From Octopus sinensis (lineage: Eukaryota): 64,000 nt of DNA. Position 1 is the first letter of the stretch; every line of letters starts with the position of its first letter. Where the stretch lies: the NCBI RefSeq assembly GCF_006345805.1, contig NC_042997.1, positions 24,924,001 through 24,988,000 on the forward strand, given 5' to 3'. The notes under the pieces were generated by a model that ran no database searches, was not told where the DNA came from, and saw nothing but the letters and a program-made list of their open reading frames with translations. A program made the position numbers and the translations under genes. Shown piece by piece: positions 52,689-64,000 of the stretch.

Positions 52689-53060
52689 CTCTCTTTTACT
52701 CTTTTACTTGTTTCAGTCATTTGACTGCGGCCATGCTGGAGCACCACCTTTTAGTACTTATTCTATCGGTCTCTTTTTGCCGAACCGCTAAGTGACGGGG
52801 ACCTAAACACACCAGCATCGGTTGTCAAGCAATGCTAGGGGGACAAACACAGACAAACAAACAAACACACGCATACATATATACATATACATATATACGA
52901 CAGGCTTCTTTCAGTTTCCGTCTACCAAATCCACTCACAAGGCATTGGTCGGCCCGGGGCTATAGCAGAAGACACTTGCCCAAGATGTCACGCAGTGGGA
53001 CTGAACCCGCAACCGTGTGGTTGGTTAGCAAGCTACTTACCACACAGCCACTCCTGCGCC
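52689..53060 (-). mobile_element. SINE family A
   Basis: Consensus match with a small internal deletion. Confidence 0.9.
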
Positions 53061-53349
53061 TGTTAAAGTACTCTATAAAACTTGGGTGAGTGGAACGTTC
53101 TCTATTATGTATTCCTATAATATAAATACGGATTAAATAGTCTTGCAGTGCATATATTTTTTTTTTTTGTGTTTTGTCTTTTTTTTTGTACTTGGTACAT
53201 TGGTCGACCTTTTCTGTACGGAACTGGAAAATCATATCATGAGTGTACGTCGGTAGTTAAGCGGTGTAGATCACCGGTTGCTGTCTGCTAAACATCGGAG
53301 GTGAGAGAGTCTTTCCAGAAAAACAAGTTTAGTATATAATTATTTTGTT

Positions 53350-54040
53350 TAAGACTGAAAATGGTGGTCAGAAACATGGTGGTGTTTCCGGGGGCAAATA
53401 TTGTCACGTTTTGATCTGTTCTTATTGGTCTGAACTATGATATTCATGAGTCACTTTCGGTTTCTCCTTTTTCTCACTATTTCCAAACATCCTTGAAAGG
53501 CCTGTGTTGTTTTCCAGGTTTTGAGGAATGAAAGACATATCGTTCTATTGTTTGTTGTCTTTAGATATAGCTTTTTGTAAGCCGCATTATGGGTGCTTGA
53601 TGTGTTGCAAGTGCTTGATCTTTAAGAAGCAGAATCCATGTTTCAGTAGCTATATGTCAGCTCCCTACGCACTAAGTAACAAATACTTTTTGCAGTATAA
53701 CGCACGTTTTCTTCGCAGTTGTACCTCACTTTGATGTTATTTAATCAGCTTACTTGATTAATCACAATACAAGAAGCGTTTTGCAGTAAGGGAAAGAATT
53801 TATATTATAACACTGGATTCTTCAGCAATGTTGTATAGTAGTTTATACCATACGACAATTGTGTTCTTAAGTAGCTGTTCATTTAAGATCGAGTACTATT
53901 GATTATTGTTTCCTTTCCAAAGCAGTTCTTTGTTTGTTATTCAACCATCAGTTAAAAGCATTTTGCTTGGCAACAAACATAAGTGTATGAAGCAATATTG
54001 GTGATGGTCGTTTCAAACTTCTGAAGCAACGTATCGATAT
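53350..54040 (-). mobile_element. Heavily decayed RTE-like LINE fragment
   Basis: Remnant CV..(Y)ATETWIL..QALATHQ resembles the RTE CVLP..TYG.ETW.L motif; many stops. Confidence 0.4.
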
Positions 54041-54053
54041 TTCTCGAATAAAG

Positions 54054-54218
54054 AGAGTAGCTGTGTGGTAAGTAGCTTGCTTACCAACCACATGGTTCCG
54101 GGTTCAGTCCCACTGCGTGGCACCTTGGGCAAGTGTCTTCTGCTCTAGTCTCGGGCCGACCAAAGCCTTGTGAATGGATTTGGTAGACGGAAACTGAAAG
54201 AAGCCGGTCGTATATATG

Positions 54219-54250
<32 letters not shown>

Positions 54251-54475
54251 CGTGTATATTTGTGTGTCTGTGTTTGTCCCCCTAGCATTGCTTGACAACC
54301 GATGCTGGTGTGTTTATGTCCCCGTCACTTAGCGGTTCGGCAAAAGAGACCGATAGAATAAGTACTGGGCTTACAAAGAATAAGTCCCGGGGTCGAGTTG
54401 CTCGATTAAAGGCGGTGCTCTAGCATGGCCGCAGTCAAATGACTGAAACAAGTAAAAGAGTAAAAGAGTAAAGAG
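54054..54475 (+). mobile_element. SINE family A, full length
   Basis: Consensus match. Confidence 0.9.
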
Positions 54476-54571
54476 TATTAAACCTTCAAAATTATACGAT
54501 GTTTTCGTCTCCAATCTGTATGATTCTCTCCGAACTCAATGCTGCTCGATTAAACGTTACTCCAAGAACAT

Positions 54572-54687
54572 GTGGAGGCGCAATGGCCCAGTGGTTAGGG
54601 CAGCGGACTCGCGGTCGTAGGATCACGGTTTCGATTCCCAGACTGGACGTAGTGAGTGTTTATTGAGCGAAAACACCTAAAGCTCCA
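54572..54687 (+). mobile_element. SINE family C head only
   Basis: Matches the first ~100 bp of 28584-28956, then stops at the MITE. Confidence 0.85.
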
Positions 54688-54688
54688 T

Positions 54689-54914
54689 CAATTTTAAAAT
54701 GTAAAGCACTCTTCAGCCACTTATAGAATTTTAAAAATTAAATGGACAATGTAGATTTTTATATTTATTTCATTTGTCAACATTGCAAAGAGGGTAGATA
54801 TATAGACAGAGAGGTTAATTTTATCATTAAGAACATGGTAGTAAAAGGTCCATTACCCCATTTAATTTTAAAAATTCTATATGTGGTTGAAGATTGCTTA
54901 ACATTTTAAAACTG
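54689..54914. mobile_element. MITE with ~65-bp imperfect TIRs, flanked by AT on both sides
   Basis: CAATTTTAAAATGTAAAGCACTCTTCAGCCAC.. versus ..GTGGTTGAAGATTGCTTAACATTTTAAAACTG. Confidence 0.7.
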
Positions 54915-55098
54915 ATGTAATACTTACATTGTTTAATAAAATGAAGTAGCATGAAGCGATTGTACTACACTACCTTGGATATCCTTGTTGCTTATTTTGA
55001 TTATAATCACCCCATTTGATTTATATGGATAATACCATGCCAAATTCTGGTACCTTTAACTTAAGTACCATATTCATCTGTATCTAAATTTTGGTGCC

Positions 55099-55145
<47 letters not shown>

Positions 55146-55296
55146 TTAAGTATGTACATACAATACATATATATATATGCATACATACATACTTACATAC
55201 ATACATAATTTTATATAATGTATATATATATATATACATATACATATACATACATACACACATGCATACATAAATGTATATTTACGTATGTGTATA

Positions 55297-56090
55297 CAGA
55301 GTGCGGTGAGTATAGACATCTAAATTACGCAAAACTGAAATTAACCTTGACATCTCATTTTAACATGTATTTATCAAAATTGCATAAAGTAATGTATTCA
55401 ATAGAATCGCCATTGTCTTCAACCACAGCCTCCAGACGACTTCGGAATCTTCTGCAAGTCTTCTGGATGGTCTTCTTTAAGTTGCTGAATGCTGCCATAA
55501 TCCTTGCCTTCAGTTCATCTTTGGTGTTACGAGGATTGTTTTGGTCTCTCGCTCAACTGCGCCCCACACATAATAATCAAGGAGATTGCAATCTGGGTAG
55601 TTAGGTGGCCAGGTGTTAGGGGTGATGTGGTCGCAGAAATTGTCTGGCAGTCATGACTGGGTTCTTCTGCTTGTGTGGCATGGTGCAGAGTCCTGTTTCC
55701 AAACATTGGCTGTTCCAGCATCCACCTCTTAACCCAGGGCAGTACTACCGCCTCCAGGCACATGATGTAGACCATCGTGTTGAGTTTGAAGCTGTGTGGA
55801 AAGATGAACGGAGGCATAACGTCACCATCACTAATGATAATTCCAAACACCATGATGTTGAGTGGATGTTTGATTTTTATCACTCTCGGTACGTGTCCTC
55901 AGATTGACACCCAAACACTCTCAAATATTCGTACTGGAGCTTCTAACATGAATGCCAAGTAGTACAGTATGTTGCTCCCAGTGCCCAACGGACTTACTAT
56001 GATGTGTAGACGACACGATCAAAAATAAACAATACACATGCGCGAAATTAAAATATAAATTAAAATCTTACCGATTCCACCTTGTTTATA
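55297..56090 (-). mobile_element. DD37D (maT/Bmmar1-like) Tc1/mariner element, internally deleted
   Basis: KHPLNIMVFGIIISDGDVMPPFIF, then after a frameshift QQDSAPCHTSRRTQSWLSDNF..WPPNYPDCNPLDYY (37 residues between the two Asp); TA + CAGAGTGCGG terminus at 55297. Confidence 0.85.
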
Positions 56091-57223
56091 TATACATGGT
56101 GGCTGCCCCCACGTTATCGAGTATGGCCATTGCACGAAGCTTAATCAATGTTGTTATCGTGCAATGCCTGTGCAAGAAGATTTTTTTTTTAAAGTGAGGA
56201 AAGGCTGTGCACTGAGTCAATCCCACTCACTAAGCAACAGCAGCCATAATCCGAAAAGAAGAGCAAATCAACATCATCGGTAACCACTGAGCCGCAGGTT
56301 TTATGTCGGAGTTATCCCAGTTACCTGAGTTACCTTCTCCTAGAAGGATGCTCTAACAAAGGCTAGGAGTCCTTCATTCACCAATGGTTTAACCGCGCGA
56401 TCGGGTATTCAGTCCGATTATTTCTATGTCCCCGCGCATTTATACATACAAACATACATACATGCATACATACATACATACATACATGCATACATACATA
56501 CATACATACATACATACATGCATTTATACATACATACATACATACATACATACATACATACGTACATACATACATAGATGCATGCATGCGTGCATACAAA
56601 CATACATACATACATACATACATACATACATACATGCATACATGCATGCATGCATGCATATATAACTGATGCCTGCTGATATCTGCCTGCCGAAAATAAA
56701 TCATCATATGCCTGCTGAATGTCGAAAATCAAAATTATTTACTGCATACTTACTCTAGATATGATAAAGCCGATGTGAACGTAAATATGTTAATCGTTAC
56801 TGTATTCGTCAGAGTACAAATTCTCCTTTATGACGAATGACGAATGTATGTTCATAACCAGGGCCAGATTAAGACCCGTAAACTCTGTAAGAACTTACAA
56901 ATGTTGGTTTCCTGATATATGTAATTCAAAATACAAAGCACGATAAAACAAATTAAACGCGCTCCTGGGAGTCGAACTCATGACCTTAATATCGTGAGCC
57001 GAATACAGTAACCACTAAGCCACAGGCATTCTGTCTATAGTACCTTTCTCATATCTTCTGATATCCCGACATTCTGCTGAAATCGATTTCATTCCTCTTG
57101 TGTAGATGATATAACATTTAAGGTTTTGGCCACTTCGTGCATTTTGGACCTGAACCAAATGCTAGTTATATATAAAGTTCCCGTAAGGGTTTTTTGAAGT
57201 ATTTATATATACTACTAGGGGAG

Positions 57224-57301
<78 letters not shown>

Positions 57302-57820
57302 CTCACCCACACATACACAAGCACACACACATACTCTTTCACTGCCTCTCTCTTTTGCTCTGTCACACACACACAAGCAACACACATACACACGCGCGCG
57401 CGCGCGCACACGCACACACACTCTTTCTCCGCCTCTCTCTTTCTCTCTGTCATACACACACTCATGTATACACATAAACACACACACACACTCTTTCTCT
57501 GCCTCTCTCTTTCTCTGTTACACACACATTCATGCACACATGCACACACTTTTTCTCTGCCTCTCTCTTCCTCTCTGTCACACACACACTCATGCATACA
57601 CAGACACACACACACAAGCACATACACACACACTCTCTCTTTCTCTGCCTCTCTCTTTCTCTCTGTCTCACACACACACACTCATAGACATAGAGACATA
57701 TTCATATACACTCAAGCACGCATATTATAAACATATTCCACAGGTAGCTACCAATGAAAATGATCAGTTTGCTATTCCTTAGATAATCCTGTACTTAACA
57801 TACACCTGAAGTTAGATGAA

Positions 57821-58223
57821 GGTATGGCTGTGTGGTAAGTAGCTTGCTTACAAACCACATGGTTCCGGATTCCGTTCTACTGCGTGGTACCTCGGGCAAG
57901 TGTCTTCTACTATAGCCTCGGGCCGACTAAAGCTTTGTGAGTGGATTGGTGGCCGGGAACTGAAGAAGCCCATCGTATATATGTATATATTATATATATA
58001 TATATATTATATATTAATATATATTATCAGTCGCGATGATAGATTGTAGCTACTACACAAATTTTTTCTCTCCTTGTTTTTTTGTGTCCCTTTCTGTAGA
58101 AAGCGTAGGCTCGAAACGTAAAAGCCTTTTTCTATTCCTGAGCGTTATACTAATACATCTGTTGATTTGTACACCACCTGCCATCGTCTTTTGTGTTTAT
58201 CGTAAACTCGACATATACAATAT

Positions 58224-58267
<44 letters not shown>

Positions 58268-58533
58268 TATAATATATGTATGTATGTATGCATGTTGTGT
58301 GTATGTGTGAGTGTGTGCATGTGTGTGTATGTTTGTATGTCTGTGTTTGTCCTTCCACCATCGCTTGACAACTGATGCTGGTGTGCTTACGTCCACGTAA
58401 CTTGGCGGTTCGGCAAAATACAATGATTGAATAAGTCATAGGCTTACAAAGAATAAGTTCTGGAGTCGATTTGTTCGACTAAAAGGCGGTGCTCCAGCAT
58501 GGCCGCTGTCAAATGACTGAAACAAATAAAAGA
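57821..58533 (+). mobile_element. SINE family A interrupted in its (TA)n tract by a PLE-type element
   Basis: Head 57821-57975, insert 58036-58200, tail about 58330-58533. Confidence 0.85.
58090..58124 (+). ncRNA. Hammerhead-like motif with CUGUAGA variant core
   Basis: CTTT-CTGTAGA-AAGC-GTAG-GCTC-GAAA-C-GTA-AAAG. Confidence 0.5.
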
Positions 58534-58947
58534 ATAATAGTGTTATTAAAAATCTCAAAGTGAAATTCAAGACCGAATCTACGAAAGGCAATCAAGAAAT
58601 AATTAATTTTTCGCCACTCGGCGGATATTATTCATGTGAGTGATAAGGATATGAGCATGATTACTAGAAGGAAAACAAAGACCGCAAAAATAAAATACTA
58701 CTTCAACACAATTAATTTTAGGCCAAAAGAAGTGGGTGAAAGGAGAAACATAAACGATTCGGATTGTATTCCTTCGTCAAGAAACAGATAACATTATGAG
58801 GAAAAAAGAGAGAACTAATTATTGCGTCTACCAATGCTCCAACTACCACACTCACACACACACATACACATACACGTATATATACATATATACACGTATA
58901 TATCTATATATATATGTATATGTATATATATACATATACATATACAT

Positions 58948-59006
<59 letters not shown>

Positions 59007-59137
59007 CATACATATATATATATTTATATGCATTAATTTGTTTCTATATATTAATTTCTAGATACTAAAACACAGAGATACACATATATACACACAAATA
59101 CTCATGTACTTATGTTTGTATTGAGAGAGCGTATATG

Positions 59138-59180
<43 letters not shown>

Positions 59181-59988
59181 ACATATGTGTCTATGTGTGT
59201 GTGCGTGTGTGTGTGTGTGAGTGTGTGCATGTATACACCTGCTAGACCGTTCTATCTAGACATATGAACAAACAAAATAAACAAATAAATACAGAAATAT
59301 ATAGAAACCACCAACCAAAAAAAAAAAAACTAATAATAATAAGTAGAATGGAGTGCCTCAAAGGAAAGATAGAAAGAAAAGAAAAGAGACGATGAAATAA
59401 AATAAAAAAAATATTGTTTGTCCATTCTACAAGTTGGTGGTATACACGGCTCAACAGCTGGACAAGCAAAATTCGAACCAATTTCGAAAGAAAAGAAGTT
59501 TGAAGAGGGAATGGTTTACACGAGTTTTTAGAGAAAAGGACACCTCGCCCCCCATCACCACACATCACCACCCATCACCACCTAACAAAGTTTCATCAAC
59601 ACAGTCGTCATCGTTGCCTTCTTTCCGTTACTTGTAATCTCATATTTCTCAATTTCAGTGGCTTTAATCTTTGTGCGTGTTTGTATATATGTGTGTAGCT
59701 GTATGTGTATGTATATATGAATGTATATGTTTTTATGTATGATGTATGTATGTATGTATGTATGTATGTATGTATGTATGTATGTATATATATATATATA
59801 CGTGTGTGTGCGCGTGTATATACACACATATATATGTATTATATATATATATATATTAAGGTATGTAGAAAAATACAACATGGACAAGAACGTATAACTC
59901 ATAGAAGACGATACAATAAACATGGACAGGACATTCGAACCCCTCAGTCTTCAGTCAAGAACCGGATCATCGTAGTAATTTCGGCTAT

Positions 59989-60020
<32 letters not shown>

Positions 60021-60057
60021 GTATATATACATCCGACTCGCGAGATTTCATTTTATA

Positions 60058-60463
60058 GGCGTAGGAGTGGCTATGTGGTAAGTAGCTTGCTTACGAACTA
60101 CATGGTTCCGTGTTCATTCCCACTGCGTAGCACCTTGGTCAAATGTCTTCTACCATAGACTCGGGCTTACCAAAGCCTTGTGAGTGGATTTCGTAGGCAG
60201 AAACTGAAAGAAGCCCGTCGTATATATGTATATATATGTATATATGTATGTGTGTGTATGTTTATGTGTCTGTGTTTGTCCCCCCAACATCGCTTGATAA
60301 CCGATGCTGGTGTGTTTACATCCCCGTAACATAGCTGTTCGGCAAAAGAGACCGATAGAATAAGTACTAGGCTTACAAAGAATAAGTCCTGGGGGTCGAT
60401 TTGCTCGACTAAAGGCGGTGCTCCAGCATGGCCACAGTCAAACGACTGAAAAAAGTAAAAGAG
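60058..60463 (+). mobile_element. SINE family A, full length
   Basis: Consensus match. Confidence 0.9.
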
Positions 60464-60620
60464 TATACTGTATATATCGATTGCATATGTGTAAAGATAT
60501 TACATGTACACAGATATACATGTGTGTTTATGCACATATATAAAATATACAAATGCCGATTTGTGTGCATGTTGTTATGTGTGTATGTGTGTGTGTCTGT
60601 GTGTGTGTGTGTACACATAG

Positions 60621-60651
<31 letters not shown>

Positions 60652-60846
60652 TATCAACACGCATTCACATAAGCAAACATATCTGCATACAAGAAAGTAT
60701 AGTCTTGAGCAAGGAAGATAACACAATTATACATATATTCACAACCCATGTGATAGTCTTGGATACGCAAAGCTATACTCTTTATATGTAGATGAGTTCG
60801 CTTATATGAAAGCGAATGCGTGTATTTATGCCTGTGTTTATGCCTG

Positions 60847-60946
60847 NNNNNNNNNNNNNNNNNNNNNNNNNNNNNNNNNNNNNNNNNNNNNNNNNNNNNN
60901 NNNNNNNNNNNNNNNNNNNNNNNNNNNNNNNNNNNNNNNNNNNNNN
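60847..60946. other. Assembly gap (100 N)
   Basis: Exactly 100 N, typical of an unsized scaffold gap. Confidence 1.
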
Positions 60947-61551
60947 AAAGACAAAGAGGAAGAAAGTAAAAGAGAAAAGGAAAAGAAAACAAAGAAAGCG
61001 TCTGGTGGCGTTGTGCAATGTGGTGGGTGGGGCAGCATAACAGCGTAGAATGTCGCAGATTCTACATTGCCTATTGAATTCTTACTTTCTACCTCCGGGC
61101 AAACACTCTTCAGAGATGCTTGCTTTGAACAAAGACATAAAATCTTGTTTCTCGATAACAGTTTAAGTTAGAATACGTAGGTGGTACATCTGTAGATGAC
61201 AGCATTATTTTGAATAAGGGTATAGATTTTCAAAGAGAGGAAATTTTCAATTAAGTTAGCCTTTTTATTAGAATTTACAAGTCAGCTAAATAAATTTAAC
61301 TTAATATTTAAGTTTATTGTTGGATTCAATTTTTTTTTTATTATTATTTAAAACATTTGTTTCTGTGGTAAGTTCAAGAAGTCGTATGAAGTTGGTAAAA
61401 TAAGATAAAAATTTAATGATAATAATAATAATAATACTAATAATAAAAATAATAATGATCATAATAACAACAACAATACTACTACTAATAATAATGAATT
61501 AAAAAGAATAATAATAATAATAAAAATGATGATGATGATGATGATGATGAC

Positions 61552-61607
<56 letters not shown>

Positions 61608-61920
61608 ATATTAAATGTTGGAACATCCCTTCTTCATTTCTTCTCCTGGAGGTAATTGCAAACTTGTTTATTTAATTAGAAATAATCAAATACTTTATCG
61701 TTTGATGTTATGGTGGGGAATATAAGGAACAGCAACAAAATACTTCGTAAGAGGAAAGAAATGGAAAACAAAACAGAGATTTCCTTTTAATCTCGAGCAA
61801 CAAATTTTTTTTTTCATTTAACTCTCTTTCTTACTCTCTCCCTATCTCTCTCTAAAATTGAAAACAATTTATATTTTTCTAGAAATTTCGATTCATTTAT
61901 TCATATATATTTGTGTGTGT

Positions 61921-61970
<50 letters not shown>

Positions 61971-62176
61971 GTGTACATATACCTTCATTCCAATTTAATT
62001 CAAATTTACGAAATACGTTGTAGTTCTAATTTACATACATATATACGTAGGTACATTGATACATACAGACGCCATTATCTTAGTCACTTTCTTACGCTGA
62101 CGGACATAAATATCCACGCCACACACGCACCTATAAACCCACATATATATATACATACATATACATATCGCAGTTT

Positions 62177-62210
<34 letters not shown>

Positions 62211-62276
62211 ATATATATATATATATAATATATATCTATATTTATATATATGTATATTTTTTTTAAAAACAGGCTC

Positions 62277-62307
<31 letters not shown>

Positions 62308-62311
<4 letters not shown>

Positions 62312-63171
62312 TACATTATATATAAGGGCTTAGTAAAATAAATTACTTTGCCACATACTGAACTCATTAGAAATAGCAGCTAAAGAATTTCTTCAGCTAT
62401 TTCTAATACTTAAAAGATCTCTCTCAGATAGTGTTTGCCTAAACTAACTCACAAAAGTATGGGGGAAAAAACATTAAAAAATCAAGTGCAAAGGTTATTT
62501 GAGAACGTACGTTTCTAGATTAGTCAATTCGACATTTCTTTCTTCAGCTCAGAATTCCTTGAATCGGATTTGGGAACACTGAAAGTCGGGAGCATACCCT
62601 TTCGGCTTCTAATCACCTCTAGAATTCTGCCCGAACTAAAAGTGCTATCAAATTCGAATATGCAAGCGAAGAATTTCTGCTCTCCCCTTTCCACCAGCGT
62701 GGGTTAAAATTGACAAACACCATGTATTAACGGTCAAAACCGCAGCATTTAGCAGAGAAAGATGAATTATAATTTCAACAATTGAGGGTAAAATTAATTA
62801 ATTATTAATCAATTTCACCAAGTATTCAGTATGTAAAGGGACCATTATAGGCGAATTCAAAATATTCTAATCTAGAAACGTACGTTCTCAAATAACCTTT
62901 GCACTTGATTTTTTAATGTTTTTTCCCCCATACTTTTGTGAGTTAGTTTAGGCAAACACTATCTGAGAGAGATCTTCTTTAAGTATTAGAAATAGCTGAA
63001 GAAATTTCTTTAGCTGCTATTTCTAATGAGTTCAGTATGTGGCAAAGTAATTTATTTTACTAAGCCCTTATATATAATGTAATATTTTGAATTCGCCTAT
63101 AATGGTCCCTTTACATACTGAATACTTGGTGAAATTGATTAATAATTAATTAATTTTACCCTCAATTGTTG

Positions 63172-63179
<8 letters not shown>
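62308..63179. mobile_element. Interleaved inverted-repeat element (A-X-B-A'-B') with PLE-type hammerhead, embedded in (TA)n
   Basis: A 62308-62523 / A' 62867-63085; B 62768-62866 / B' 63081-63179. Confidence 0.75.
62500..62551 (-). ncRNA. Type I hammerhead-like motif with imperfect stem II
   Basis: TGAG-CTGAAGA-(stem II with internal mismatches)-GAA-ACGTACGT-T-CTCA; palindromic stem III, triplet GUU. Confidence 0.55.
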
Positions 63180-63209
<30 letters not shown>

Positions 63210-64000
63210 CCTGTTTTTAAAAATTTAATCTCCTGTGAATCGAGGTGCTTCACATAATATACTACGAAAATGAGTGGAATTGCGTACTGCTAAATGAAAA
63301 AAATAATATTCAAGCAAACATGTGGCCGTTTTCAGAGTCATTTCATCTTCTATTCTTATATTCTTTTAGAATTAAGCTTGTGAGTTTGCAAATTTTCACA
63401 ACGATGACACACGTTCATTCAAAATATTTAAGATGCTTTAAAGGACTATTGTTATATAAATGTTCTTTAAAAATTTATGTCCAAGCCTGACATTGACAAT
63501 TTTGTTGTCATGTGTAGACCCTGTATGCACCTGTTGACATTTATGCCTTTAAGTGTTCTGCACTCATAGATAATACTGTTTCGAAATGCACTAAACATCT
63601 GCAACAAGCTCCTAACTCTTAATGTAAATATCACGTGGTATTATGGAAGGCTAGGTTTTTTCTTAAGCATTATATTTTTATTGTAGAAAAGTCTTATCGA
63701 GTCTATACATTATCTGTTTTTTTAAGTGCAAAATTATTTTAGTATCGTTGAAATACTTGTTTATTTTTTAACAATTATTATGGAATCTCTTATTTAACTT
63801 TATCTGAAGTTATTTTGTTTCTGTTGGAAAGGAACAGAATAATGATAATAAGTATGAGTTCAGCAGTGTTTGCCTGCGGCTCAAAAGTTAAAAATAATCT
63901 GTTATATACCCAGGAGCAGACGATTATTTTTATTTCTTGTTTTTTTTTTTATACATAATATATTTTTTTCTTTTCCAGAACAAATATTGTAAGATTATAG

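Noticed and set aside
56858-56880. CAGGGCCAGATTAAG, resembling a hAT MITE terminus
   Set aside because: No matching opposite terminus or TSD found nearby.

Overview
Non-coding, AT-rich animal genomic DNA. The SINE families present match those I recall from octopus genomes, so an Octopus-like cephalopod is inferred. There is no intact long gene, no rRNA or true tRNA gene and no CRISPR. Almost every long ORF in the track is a translation of a microsatellite. The window is a repeat mosaic: about 18 copies of a tRNA-derived SINE with an internal (TA/TG)n tract, Meta-domain SINE multimers, tRNA(Arg)-like and CORE-type SINEs, and a decayed Penelope-like retroelement (RT + GIY-YIG) next to a truncated Tc1 fragment. 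It also holds mariner, DD37D maT, Chapaev3-like and RTE/CR1-type remnants, five non-autonomous Helitrons (two joined head-to-tail) and several MITEs/foldbacks. The most notable signal is a set of eight hammerhead-ribozyme-like motifs in Penelope-type terminal repeats. They form three classes: a tRNA-like Pol III head fused to a hammerhead; foldback elements sitting in (TA)n tracts; and a three-copy family with a shared non-canonical CUGUNGA core. A few candidate exons of an unidentified host gene are visible, but their strand and identity cannot be settled from sequence alone. All structures were paired by eye; no folding or database search was run.
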